The position numbers and the translations under genes are program-made. This document shows, in pieces, positions 11,765 to 24,785 of a DNA stretch of 64,000 nt; within the stretch, counting starts at the first letter, position 1, and each line of letters begins with the position of its first letter. The notes under the pieces are model-generated. The model worked only from the letters and a program-made list of their open reading frames with translations, made no database searches and was not told the DNA's origin. Location: the NCBI GenBank assembly GCA_963849325.1, contig CAWKHF010000004.1, positions 320,001 to 384,000 of the forward strand, read 5' to 3'. Source of the DNA: an uncultured Planctomycetota bacterium. GTDB taxonomy: Bacteria > Planctomycetota > Planctomycetia > Gemmatales > Gemmataceae.

Positions 11765-12059
11765 GGATCCTTCCTCGATAGTTGCACAGAGGGGGGCCGC
11801 GAGGCTTCCTGCTCGCCAAGTCCCCCTGCTCGCGTCGATCCGGACTCGTAAGTATAGGATCGGTAGACAAGTGGCGAATCTCGAAATTGTGTGTTTCGAC
11901 GGTTCGCATTCCGGGTCCGTGAGGGAGGATCGCTCGGATTTCGCGGCCTTGACGCTTTAGCGAAGCGGGCGCTCTTCCGTCGATTGGCGAAGTTGGCGGA
12001 GATAAACCGAGGTGGTCCCTCCCTGCTGAAGGCCGCATCCTTGGAGGCTTCTTGCCATC

Positions 12060-13569
12060 ATGCTGCCCGAATTCACACCGGCCGTCGCTCGCGCTTTGGA
12101 AGTAGCACAGGCCCACGCCCACGCGCTGGGCGCCGTGGAGATCCTCCCCCTCTACCTGGTGCATGGCCTGCTGGCGGAAGAAGAAGGGCGGGCCTTCGCG
12201 CTGGCGGTCGAGGCCGGGCTGGATGCCGTCGCCTTTCGAGCCCGTCGCACCTCTTGCGATAGCCCTCCTCCCTCCGAACGATCGCCGTTGCCGCTGCACC
12301 CGCGCGCAGTCGGCCTTTTTTGTTGCTCGGGATGTGGCCCGCGAGGCGACCGGCGAGAGTACGGTCGTCAGCGAAGCGCTGCTGCTGGCGCTTCTCCGCA
12401 CGGATGAGACGTTGGCCGCCGAACTGGAATCGTTCGGCCTGCGTCTGGCTGATCTGGAAGCCAGCATCCTTTCGCGCCGCCCGCCGCCCCCCCAGATCGA
12501 GGAGCCGCTTCACCTGGGCGACGTCACCGAGCACGTGGACACCGCCCGCATTCTCGATGCCTGCGCGAACCGCGCGCGGGAGGGGCTGCGCGTCGTCGAG
12601 GATTATTGCCGTTTCGTCCTCGACGATGCGTTTCTGAGCCGTTCCTTGAAGGAACTGCGCCACGATCTCACGTCGGTCCTGGCCGACCTTTCCGCCGACC
12701 TGCTTCTGGAGTCGCGCGAGACCCAGCGCGACGTCGGCACCGCGTTGACGACGCCGTCGGAGTTCGACCGCGCCTCGCTGCGCGACGTGGTAGGGGCCAA
12801 CTTGAAGCGATTGCAAGAGGCTTTGCGCAGCCTGGAAGAGTTCGGCAAGGTGCGCAATCCTCTTTGCGCTCAAGTGCTGGAGCAGTTGCGTTATCGCAGC
12901 TACACCCTGGAACGTGCCATCGTCCTCGGCGCGACGGCGCGTCATCGACTGGCAGGAGCGCGGCTCTACGTGTTGCTGTCGCGGTCCCGGTGCGCGGCCT
13001 CTCTCGACTGGACCATCGCCGAGGCGGCCGCCGGCGGGGCGCAGGTCGTGCAGTTGCGCGAGAAGGGCTTAACTGATCGTGAACTGCACGAGCGCGCCCG
13101 AGAGGTACGACACTGGACGCGGCAGGCCGGCGTCCTGTTCATCCTCAACGATCGTCCCGACATTGCCCGCCTGGTCGAGGCCGACGGCGTCCACCTCGGC
13201 CAGGACGATTTGCCCATCAAGGAAGCGCGTCGCATCCTCGGTCCCGATGCGCTCATTGGCGTCAGCACGCACAACCTGGAACAGCTGCGCCAGGCAATCC
13301 TCGACGGGGCCAGCTATGTCGGTGTCGGCCCGACCTTCCCGTCGGCGACCAAGGACTTCACGGACTTGGCGGGTCCGGAATTTGTGCGTCAGGCGTTGGC
13401 CGAGACGACGTTGCCGGCCTTCGTCATCGGCGGCGTCAATCCGAGTACGATTGATGCGGTCGTGGCGGCGGGAGCGCGTCGTGTGGCCGTCGGCCAGGCG
13501 ATCACCGCCGCGGACGATCCGCGCAGTGTGGCGTCGGCCCTGCTGGCCGCGCTGCCGACGGGCGCCTGA
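12060..13569 (+). CDS. thiE: Thiamine-phosphate synthase with N-terminal Clp-N-like and ThiD2-like domains (frameshift ~12250-12320)
   Basis: RILDACANRAREGLRVVED, VQLREK, ILNDRPDIA, GVHLGQDD, GPTFPSATK, IGGV. The N-terminus FTPAVARALEVAQ...LVHGLL resembles a Clp repeat. Confidence 0.85.
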
Positions 13570-13609
13570 GCGACGACCGAAAAGTTCACGCCGAATGAGG
13601 GCTTTTCCG

Positions 13610-13637
13610 TTGACAGACTTCTTCGCCGTCCTATAAT
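13610..13637 (+). promoter_or_regulatory. Consensus sigma70 promoter of the tRNA unit
   Basis: TTGACA (13610-13615), 16 bp spacer, TATAAT (13632-13637). Confidence 0.85.
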
Positions 13638-13682
13638 TCACTCTGCCCAACTGTCCCCCGGCACTCGTTGGTTGAGGTGTCC

Positions 13683-13721
13683 ATGGTTTTGATCTCCATC
13701 CACTCCGGCAAGACGAGGTGA
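13683..13721 (+). CDS. Putative attenuator leader peptide MVLISIHSGKTR
   Basis: GAGGTG at 13674-13679, then ATG GTT TTG ATC TCC ATC CAC TCC GGC AAG ACG AGG TGA. Confidence 0.55.
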   Translation: MVLISIHSGKTR

Positions 13722-13751
13722 AGCTCTATCCTTCCATCCCGAGCGGATAGG

Positions 13752-13779
13752 GCCAAACCTGTGTAGGTTTGGCTTTTTT
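13752..13779 (+). terminator. Intrinsic terminator between the promoter and tRNA-Ile
   Basis: GCCAAACCT-gtgt-AGGTTTGGC followed by TTTTTT. Confidence 0.75.
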
Positions 13780-13794
13780 GTTTACTAGACAACC

Positions 13795-13868
13795 GCGGGC
13801 ATAGCTCAGTTGGCTAGAGCGCAGCTCTGATAAAGCTGAGGTCCCAAGTTCGAATCTTGGTGCCCGCA
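13795..13868 (+). tRNA. tRNA-Ile (GAU)
   Basis: Acceptor GCGGGCA/TGCCCGC, anticodon arm CAGCT-CT GAT AA-AGCTG, GTTCGAAT T-loop. CCA is not encoded. Confidence 0.96.
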
Positions 13869-13916
13869 TTAGGTGGTGTATCGAGGAAATACTTGCGGTG
13901 GGACAAGGAACGCCCC

Positions 13917-14354
13917 ATGTCGAGACCAATAAACCCGCGTCCTCCGTGCCCGACCTGCGGCAAAACGATGAGTTGGCCTCGATCCCGCTTTTGCTCTCCA
14001 AAATGTCGCTTGGAATTGGATTATCAACGGTATATTGCACGGTGGCTTCAAGGCGAGGTTTCCGGCGGCAGGGCAGGCGGTAGAGTTTCTAGCCATGTGC
14101 GCCGTTGGCTTTTTGAAAGAGCCGAAAGCAAGTGTGAGCAGTGTGGCTGGAGTCGAGTTCATCCGATCACAGGACACATACCACTTGCTGTCCACCACAA
14201 GGATGGTGACTCGGAGAACCATCAGCCAGATAATTTGGAGTTGCTCTGTGGTGGTTGCCACATGCTGACTCCCAACTACGGAAAATTGAATCAAGGTCGA
14301 GGTCGCGCCAGACGGGTGGAGAAGTTGAGGCTGTTGGCAGTTGCGGGGATGTAG
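13917..14354 (+). CDS. HNH endonuclease with N-terminal Cys4 zinc-binding module
   Basis: CPTCG...FCSPKC; CEQCG...VHHKDGDSENHQPDNLELLCGGCH. Lower GC than the flanks. Confidence 0.88.
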   Translation: MSRPINPRPPCPTCGKTMSWPRSRFCSPKCRLELDYQRYIARWLQGEVSGGRAGGRVSSHVRRWLFERAESKCEQCGWSRVHPITGHIPLAVHHKDGDSENHQPDNLELLCGGCHMLTPNYGKLNQGRGRARRVEKLRLLAVAGM

Positions 14355-14417
14355 CTCAGTTGGGAGAGCGCGTGATTTGCATTCACGAGGTCAGGGGTTC
14401 GAACCCCCTCATCTCCA
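14345..14417 (+). tRNA. tRNA-Ala (UGC)
   Basis: GGGGATG/CATCTCC acceptor with G3:U70, anticodon arm CGTGA-TT TGC AT-TCACG, GTTCGAAC. Confidence 0.96.
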
Positions 14418-14420
14418 CAT

Positions 14421-14480
14421 AAGAAAAAATCAAAAAAAACAGCGGAGGGCATTGACAGAGAGAGAGGACATCGCTAGGAT
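14421..14480 (+). promoter_or_regulatory. rRNA-type promoter with A-tract UP element
   Basis: A-tracts 14421-14439, TTGACA 14452-14457, 17 bp spacer, TAGGAT 14475-14480. Confidence 0.7.
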
Positions 14481-14688
14481 TATCAATCCCAAATGGATGG
14501 GGAGAAAAGACTTAGGTCATAAAGTCTCCGTCCGTTTCTTGTCTGGGTGAGAGTCGCTGCACGGGTCTTCTGATTGGCGTGCATCGACTCCCGATCAGCA
14601 AGACGAGGGTTCTAAGACCTTCGATTGTTCGGGTCGGGATGGCCAGTTCAACAGTTAGCGTCTCTGGCGCGGTTGACTGGTAGCCGTT

Positions 14689-14700
14689 TGTTCTTTGACA
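14689..14700 (+). promoter_or_regulatory. boxA antitermination element
   Basis: TGTTCTTTGACA upstream of the 23S processing stem. Confidence 0.65.
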
Positions 14701-14927
14701 ATTTGGCAGCGGTAGAAGTTGCAATTCACGAGCAACGGCGGCACAGCGAGCTTTGGCAAACTGTGCTGACGTTTCTTGCGATCTCTGCATGAGCCCGAGA
14801 GAGAGTAGGATCGTTACTCCTCCCACCCGACGTTGGCCGCCTGGCCGCGACGAGGTGGGGCGGTAACTTGGAAGCGATGCCGGCTTCGGTACGGTGGGTC
14901 TCCACCAGCCCGAGGGCGGGATCAATG

Positions 14928-17809
<2,882 letters not shown>

Positions 17810-17908
17810 ATTGATCCTGCTCTCGGACCCCCACCAGGGTCCGATCCTGGACGGACCATGCAGAGAGAATTGCGACTTCGACCGCTGCCAGATGATACAC
17901 GCAGAGCT

Positions 17909-18020
17909 TTCCCGGTGAGCAGACCTGGATGGCCCCACCCGTTCCCATTCCGAACACGGCCGTTAAGCATCCAGGGCCGATGGTAGTCCTTCGCGGGCGA
18001 GAGTAGGGTATCGCCGGGGA
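17909..18020 (+). rRNA. rrf: 5S rRNA
   Basis: CCCGTTCCCATTCCGAACACGG, GATGGTAGT, GAGAGTAGG; terminal stem cccggtg/tcgccggg. Confidence 0.95.
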
Positions 18021-18025
18021 TTTTT

Positions 18026-18061
18026 CGACGCCCCCCTGAATACAAAATCAGGGGGGCGTCG
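18026..18061. terminator. Terminator hairpin after 5S
   Basis: cgacgcccccctga-atacaaaa-tcaggggggcgtcg. Confidence 0.75.
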
Positions 18062-18163
18062 CCGTTGACTGAACCACATCAAGAATTCACTCCCAATTAC
18101 ACTTCTCGGAATCGAAAACCTTCTGGGCGTGCAACAGTCTCATTCGTTGATGAACATCCAGCG

Positions 18164-18934
18164 TTAGAGATGCCAATGCCAATCGCGCATCTGCTCCAGA
18201 ATGGCGAGGTGCGTCAGATCGAAGCGTAGCGGCGTCACGGTGATCCAGCCATCGGCCAGGGCGGTGACGTCGGAATCGGGGTGCGGATCGGGACAGCGAA
18301 AATCGGGGTTCGACCAGAAATACATACGGCCGCGCGGATCGATGCGGCGGTCGTAGGTCTCGATGTAGGCGGCCAGGTTCTGCGGAACGGTGCGGATGCC
18401 GCGGATCGGGCCACGCTCCGGACTGGGGATGTTGACGTTGAAGAGCGTGCCAATGTCCGGTTCATGCGCGAGCACCTGCTCGATGACACGACGAGCGAGG
18501 TCCGCACCGCGGGCGAAGTCCAGGGGCTGGAGCTTGGTATATTCCAACGAACAGGCGATACTGGTGCGGCGGAAGAAAGCGCCTTCGATGGCCGCCGCCA
18601 CCGTGCCGGAATAGAGCACGTTGATGCCGGCGTTCGAGCCGGCATTAAGACCGCTGACAATCAGGTCCGGTGGCTCCGGCAGCAGTTCGCGTAAGGCCAA
18701 TTTCACGCAGTCGGCGGGACGCCCCTCGACCGCCCAGCCCATCGGCTGGCGGTCTTCGTCCAGCACTTCTTGCACGACTAAAGGGGTCGTCAATGTCACC
18801 GAATGGCCGACGGCGCTCTGCTCCGTGGCGGGTGCGACCACGATCACCTCGCCGAGCTTGCGCAGCTCCGGTCGCAGCGCCCGCAAACCGGGAGCATAGA
18901 TACCATCATCATTGGTCAACAAGATGCGCACCAA
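18164..18934 (-). CDS. surE: 5'/3'-nucleotidase SurE
   Basis: RILLTNDDGIYAPG, VAPATEQSAVG, GRPADCV, SGLNAGSNAG, YSGTVAAAIEG. Confidence 0.95.
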   Translation of the reverse strand: MVRILLTNDDGIYAPGLRALRPELRKLGEVIVVAPATEQSAVGHSVTLTTPLVVQEVLDEDRQPMGWAVEGRPADCVKLALRELLPEPPDLIVSGLNAGSNAGINVLYSGTVAAAIEGAFFRRTSIACSLEYTKLQPLDFARGADLARRVIEQVLAHEPDIGTLFNVNIPSPERGPIRGIRTVPQNLAAYIETYDRRIDPRGRMYFWSNPDFRCPDPHPDSDVTALADGWITVTPLRFDLTHLAILEQMRDWHWHL

Positions 18935-18943
18935 CGTCTCCCT

Positions 18944-20289
18944 TTATTCTTCCAGCTTCTTGCGCCGCAGGATGTGGTGATAGTGCTGAGCGAAGCGATG
19001 GGCCTCGTCGCGGACGTACTGCAACAGCCGCAGCGCCGCTGCGTGCCGACTCAGCCGCAGCGGCTCGGCCTCGCCGGGACGATAGATCTCCTCCTCGCGC
19101 TTGGCCAGGGAGATCAGACAGGGCGGCTCGACGCCGAGCACCGCAAAGGCGTCGAGGGCGGCGTTGAGCTGGCCCTTGCCGCCGTCGATGAGCAAGATGT
19201 CGGGAAAGACCTGCTCCTCCTCGCCGGCCCGCGGCGTGGACGTGACGAAAGCGGCGTGTCACCACCTCGCGGATCGAGGCGAAATCATCGATGCCATGCA
19301 CCGACTTGATGCGAAAGCGGCGATAGCCGGGCTTGAACGGCAAGCCGTCGATGAAGTTCACCAGGGACGCTACGGTGTCACTACCGCCGAGGTGAGCGAT
19401 ATCCACGCCTTCAATGGTGCGCGGCGTCTTCGCCAGGCCGAGCACCTTGCGCAGTCCGGCGAGTCCCTTCTTGGGATCGATGGGAAAGACTTCCGGCTGC
19501 ACATCGCGCTGCACGTCGCCGCGCTGCCCCAGCGCCTGCAGCGCCGCGATGTCGTCGCGCAGCCGGTGCCGCCTTCTCGAACAGCAGCGACTTGCTCGCT
19601 TCCTCCATCTCCTGCTCCATCTCGCGGATGAGCCGGTCCTTCTTGCCTTCGAGCACCATGCGCAGCGAACGAATCTGCTTGCGATACTCCTCCTTCGTCA
19701 CCCGGAAATTGCACGGGGCGGTGCATTGGCGGATGCTGTGCAGCAGGCAGGGGCGGAACCAACGCCAGCGGCTGTCGTCGGCCTTGATGTCCAGCGAGCA
19801 GGTGCGAAACTGGAAGATGCGTTGCAAGACGCGGATGGCCTGACGCAGTGTGCGGGCACTGGTGAAGGGGCCGTAGAGGCGGACGCCGCGGCGCCGCGGC
19901 TGGCGCGTGAACTCGACACGCGGGAAGTCTTCACGAATGCGAATTTGCAAATAGGGGAATGTCTTGTCGTCCTTTAGCTCGACGTTGAAGCGTGGCTGGA
20001 TGTCCTTGACGAGCCGCGCCTCCATGAGCAGGGCATCGACCTCGCTGTCGGCGGGTAGGAAATCGATGTCGGCGATGAGCGGCACCAGGTCGGCGGTGCG
20101 CGGATCGTCGATGGCGGCCTTCGTGAAGTAATGCGAGGCGCGGTTGCGAAGGTTCTTGGCTTTGCCGGCGTAGAGGACAACTCCGCGAGCGTCCTTCATG
20201 AGATAGACGCCGGGTGTGGTCGGGAACTGTTTGACCTTCTCGGCGGGCGGCAAGGCGGTCGAATCGGCCGGCGGTTCGGTGGTGGACAT
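18944..20289 (-). CDS. uvrC: Excinuclease ABC subunit C, short form lacking the HhH tail (frameshifted)
   Basis: GIY-YIG (PGVYLM...YAGKAKNLRNR), UVR domain, IEGVDIAH, LIDGGKGQL, RDEAHRFA. Confidence 0.9.
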
Positions 20290-20386
20290 GGCGCCTTCTC
20301 CTGGACGCGGAACTCCTCGGAGGGCCACCCGTCCTCCACGGCCCCTTCTTCATGATATACGAACGATCATGGGATGAGGGTCCGAC

Positions 20387-21690
20387 TCAGGAGTTTGTGC
20401 GCGGGCCGATGCGGTCCTTGCCCATCCACGGCCGCAGCACTTCCGGCACGACGACGGAGCCGTCGGCCTGCTGGTTGTTCTCCAGGATGGCGAGCAGGGC
20501 GCGCGTGACAGCCACGGCCGTGCCGTTGAGGGTGTGGACGAAGCGCGTGCCCTTCTGCTCGTGCGTCTTGTAGCGGATGTTGAGACGGCGGGCCTGGTAG
20601 TCGGTGCAGTTCGACGTGCTCGTCACCTCGCCGTATTCGCCGCCCTGGCCGCGTCCCGGCATCCACGCCTCCAGGTCGTATTTGCGGTAAGCCGGACCTC
20701 CCAAGTCGCCGGTGCAGGTGTCGATGACGTGATACGGCAATCCGAGTCCCTGGAAAATCTTCTCCTCGATGTCCAGGAGTTCCTGATGGTGATGCTCGCT
20801 CTGATCGGGAGTGCAGAAGACGAACATCTCGACCTTGGTGAACTGGTGGACGCGGTACAGCCCGCGCGTATCGCGGCCCGGAGCGCCGGCCTCGGTGCGG
20901 AAACAGTGCGACAGGCCGACGTACTTCTTCGGCAAATCCAGCTCGTCGAAGATGTGATCGCGGTGCATGCCGCCGAGCGTGATCTCGGCCGTGGCGATCA
21001 GGCACAGGTCGGTATCGCTCAGCGAATAGATCTGCCGTTTCTCCGGGTCGGGGTCGCGCGGATGAAGCCGATGCCCTCCAGCACCTCGACGCGGGCCACG
21101 TCCGGCGTGATGATCGGCGTGTAATCCGTCGCCGATCAGCGTCTGCATGGCGTACTGCACCAGGGCCAGCTCCAGCAGCACGGCCTCGTTCTTCAGGTAG
21201 TAGAACTTCTGCCCGGCCACCGAGGCGCCGGCCTCGAAATCGACCAGGTTGCAGCGACTCGGCCAGGGCGACGTGGTCCTTGGCGGCGAAGTCGAACTTC
21301 GCGCGGCTCGCCCCACTGTGCGGATGACCTTGTTGTCCTCCGCGGTCGTGCCGACCGGGGCGTCGGGGTGCGTCATGTTGGGGATGGTCAAGAGCGACGT
21401 CGTGCAGTTGGTCCTGGATCGTCTTGAGTTGCTTTTCTCCACCTGCTGGCCTCTTCGCGGAGTCGCTTGCCTTCGGCGATCAACTCCTGCTTGCGAGCGG
21501 GGTCTTTCTCCTTGGGGATGAGCTTGGAGACTTCGTTCTGGCGCTGCTGAATCGCCTGCGTTTGCTGGATCAGGCGCTTGCGTTCGTCGTCGAGCTGGAC
21601 GACGCGATCCACGTCGGCCTTGACGTTGCGATGGCGGCAGTTCGTCTTGACGGCGTCCAGGTGCTCACGAATGAAGGCGGCGTCCAGCAT
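20387..21690 (-). CDS. serS: Serine--tRNA ligase (frameshifted)
   Basis: MLDAAFIRE, LIATAE, CFRTEAG, RVHQFTKVEM, YDLEAWMPG, STSNCTDYQARRL, HTLNGT. Confidence 0.95.
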
Positions 21691-22185
21691 GGGAGGACTC
21701 GACTATTTCAGAGAAAAACGGCGGCTCGGGGAAGGCCGTGGATCCGGTCACGTTCGGGAGATTTTACGAGGTGATCCGCAAACCATCAACACGGCTGCCA
21801 GCAGGCGTTCCTAACACGCCGGAGGGGCTGAAAGTCCAATCATCCCCCTTCCCCGCGATCCCCAGCCCTTCCGAACAGGGTGCAAAGGTGGGCGTAAGTT
21901 GTTGAGACAAGGAGAGTTCACGGTCCTGACCGTCTCCCTTGGTCATTGCCACTCTCCAGGAGAACGAGTACCCTCCCTCTCCATCTTCACCGAATGGGCT
22001 GAGCCGTTCCCTGGGCATCTTCACGTCGATCATGCTCCGGCTCAAACCCTCCTTCTCCTAGTTCCCAAGCGGAGCTTGGGCACGAGGTGAAAGTTTCTCA
22101 TTTCTCCGTAAAGAAATAGGCGAAATCACCTTTGCTGTTAACGGACTTTTTTTGACGAGCCGAGGAGTGACCTCAATTACGGGGA

Positions 22186-22915
22186 TTATCGTTGGCGGAG
22201 CGTTAGCTGCCTCATGTAGCCAGCACCGACTGTCCCAGTGTGCTGAGAGTTGGATTGGATCCGCACCGCCTTGATCGCCGGAGCATCTCCTGCGTGCAGA
22301 CGAGTGAAATCCTTGCGCAAATCCCGTGTCACCTCAACCCACTTGCCCAACTCACTGGCACCAGAGTTCACGACCAACACTTTGATCTTGGCTACAAAAA
22401 GGACGGATTCCTCCGTCACCGTACCCGCCGGCGCAGTTGTGTCCCAAACGTAGCTGACCACCTTGCCACCATCGAAGTAGACTAGTATCTGTACGCGCTT
22501 GGTCGTTGGCAGAACTCCGACGCACATCGCCGCCAGCGGGCAGTTGCTCAACCTTCCATGCCCAACTCAGATACCTTGACATCCTCGCTTCCGGAGGCAA
22601 CTCGCGGTTCAGTGAAAAGGATGCCTTGTCACTCTTCAAGTAAACGACCGACCCGTCGACCTGATCAGCGTTCTTGACAACTTGCACAACAGGTTTCCCC
22701 TTGTTTACCATCAACACCCATGGCCGTGGTATACTCTCAGTTGACAGCGGTCCATCAAAATCTAGGGTAACGGTCGGCTCTGGATCGGTATCAGCCCCGC
22801 GGGGTGTCGGTTGGCTGCAACCGCCTAAGACTAGCAAGCACAGGGTGGCTACGGATGCTCGTACCGGTGCGTTATCCGTGTGTGAATCAAGCATCGCTCG
22901 CATTTGTATCCACAC
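22186..22915 (-). CDS. DUF3047-like exported protein (frameshift ~22500)
   Basis: Lipobox-like VLGGC, YLSWAWKVEQLP, SYVWD, WVEVTRDLRKDF, IQSNSQHTG. Confidence 0.7.
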
Positions 22916-22941
22916 TCCCGAAGATGGTTGCGCCGTCAGAC

Positions 22942-24264
22942 CTATTGCGGACCGGGTGGTTCGGCAGTGGCCTCGCCGGTTGTACTGCTGATGGAACGCA
23001 TAGTCTTCGTGAATTCATAGATGGCAATGCCCAGGACGATCCCGAAAAGGTAAGGCATCAAGCGGAACCATACGAGCCCGGCCCCGCAAAGCACAATCCC
23101 GATCCAAAGCGTGTTGAACCTCGGGTAACGAAAAGGCCAGAAATCCATATCCTTGAGTATTTGCTGGGCCGCATCGGGGTTCAGCTTGAAAGTGGCTTGG
23201 AACTCATCTGAAGACATTTGCTGGCAGATCGCTTCCATGTAAGAATTGGCTCTCCGAGCCGCGCCCGAGAGTACCACGCACGGTAGAATTAGCCCAACGA
23301 CGACGATGATAAATACCGCACCAAGGAGCACCCACCCGATGGAGTAATTAATGATGATGTCGGGTACGAGCACTTGCGCAATTTGCTTCTGCGCGGCAAG
23401 TCCAACGGGCTGTAACACCATTTGCAGTATATTCTGATCGGCAGAGGCAAGGTACATGTTCTGTAGAGTACTCAGGTAAAACACCAGGTAGAAACCGATG
23501 GCGTCAATCAGCATGAATATGCCGACCGGCTCGAAACGCTCGAACCCTCGCCGTCGATCGGGGTCGCTCAGGTCGGGAACGAACTGGACCTCGGACCACC
23601 ACGTATGCTTCATGGTAAAGAAGATGAATGCTGCGCAAACGGCGAGGAACAAGAAAAATATGGCAACCGCTACGCCCTGCATCGAGAACGCCAGGAACGA
23701 GAAGACCAGGTTGGTATACTTCTCCACTCCGGGGTTGAGCAGGTGACCGACCGCCCAGTCAATCTCGACCGTTTCCGCACCCTGCTGTTTGTTCGCATCC
23801 TCCAATGCGGCCAAGTTCTGATACATGCACAGCGGCCGTGCGGAATTCGTATACCACTCATAGATGCTAAGTAAGTATCCGCCCAGGGCGAATAAGAACC
23901 AAATGACGAGCGCACCACCCAAGCAACTTTCCCAACTGGCCTTCACCTCGTGGGGTCGTTTGACAAATGCACCGCGGCGAAAGAGCATGTGTGTTTTCTG
24001 TAGCTCGACGATCATCGAGTCAATGGCCTTAAGGATCACGAGTATTCCGCACATCACAATGGGAAACACGATGATGAAGGAGATCGTCCAGTTAACGGCC
24101 GGCATGTAACCGACCTCTTTCGTAATTTGCCCTCTGCGATAGTTCAGGAGGTGCAAACCTAGCGGGTAGCTGAGGACAAGCATGAAGGTGGCTCCCAGCC
24201 AAAAGAATAGGGGCAGAAACCAGATCTTTCCGCCTTTCAGGGCTTGTACTAATCGATTGAGCAT
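22942..24264 (-). CDS. Polytopic membrane protein of unknown function
   Basis: 440-aa ORF with ~8 hydrophobic segments and atypical lower-GC codon usage. Confidence 0.7.
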   Translation of the reverse strand: MLNRLVQALKGGKIWFLPLFFWLGATFMLVLSYPLGLHLLNYRRGQITKEVGYMPAVNWTISFIIVFPIVMCGILVILKAIDSMIVELQKTHMLFRRGAFVKRPHEVKASWESCLGGALVIWFLFALGGYLLSIYEWYTNSARPLCMYQNLAALEDANKQQGAETVEIDWAVGHLLNPGVEKYTNLVFSFLAFSMQGVAVAIFFLFLAVCAAFIFFTMKHTWWSEVQFVPDLSDPDRRRGFERFEPVGIFMLIDAIGFYLVFYLSTLQNMYLASADQNILQMVLQPVGLAAQKQIAQVLVPDIIINYSIGWVLLGAVFIIVVVGLILPCVVLSGAARRANSYMEAICQQMSSDEFQATFKLNPDAAQQILKDMDFWPFRYPRFNTLWIGIVLCGAGLVWFRLMPYLFGIVLGIAIYEFTKTMRSISSTTGEATAEPPGPQ

Positions 24265-24522
24265 GACGGCGATTCCTGCAACCTGTCCAGGGTGCGCAGA
24301 CAGCCGTGCAGGCTGTCGGCCCATCCAGCGCCGAGACGACCGTTCCTCCACCCAGTATCCAAGGCAACTCGGGTCAACTGCTTGGCTGCGTTCTGGGCCA
24401 GGCGGACTCGCACCAGGAATCTGGTTGGGGCTTCCCCCTCGATTTCGATTATCTCATGCCGCGGCCCCACGGTAAAGAAGAATGGACGGAAACTCCCGCC
24501 TACGGAAAGAAAAAGAGAAGAA

Positions 24523-24590
24523 GGCGAGCGGGGTCGCGTCAGCGCCCGAGTGCGACGAGTACTCGGGGCGCTGACGCGACCCCGCTCGCC
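24523..24590. repeat. Palindromic REP-like element
   Basis: ggcgagcggggtcgcgtcagcgccc / gggcgctgacgcgaccccgctcgcc. Confidence 0.8.
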
Positions 24591-24715
24591 AGGGTCTCTT
24601 TCGCCCGGCTCGAACGTCGTCGTCTTGGAAGTACTCCTAGCGAAGCGGGCGGCACACGAAGCACGTGCAACATCGACCTCGCCTGTACGCTCCGTTCTAG
24701 CGCACCGCATTATCC

Positions 24716-24785
24716 TCGTTTCGCCGCGACGCGCAGCGGAGCGCGGGAGCAATGCCACGCTCCGCTGCGCGTCGCGGCGTAACGA
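24716..24785. repeat. Palindromic REP-like element (second copy at 39913-39977)
   Basis: gccgcgacgcgcagcggagcg / cgctccgctgcgcgtcgcggc. Confidence 0.85.

Noticed and set aside
13645-13790. T-box riboswitch upstream of tRNA-Ile
   Set aside because: There is no T-box (GGTGGNACCGCG) sequence and the leader is too short for stem I. The leader-peptide model fits better.
18944-21690. Frameshifts in serS and uvrC (and many other genes) as pseudogenes or programmed frameshifting
   Set aside because: They occur across the whole window, include an essential gene and share no slippery motif. Sequencing or consensus indels are the simplest explanation.
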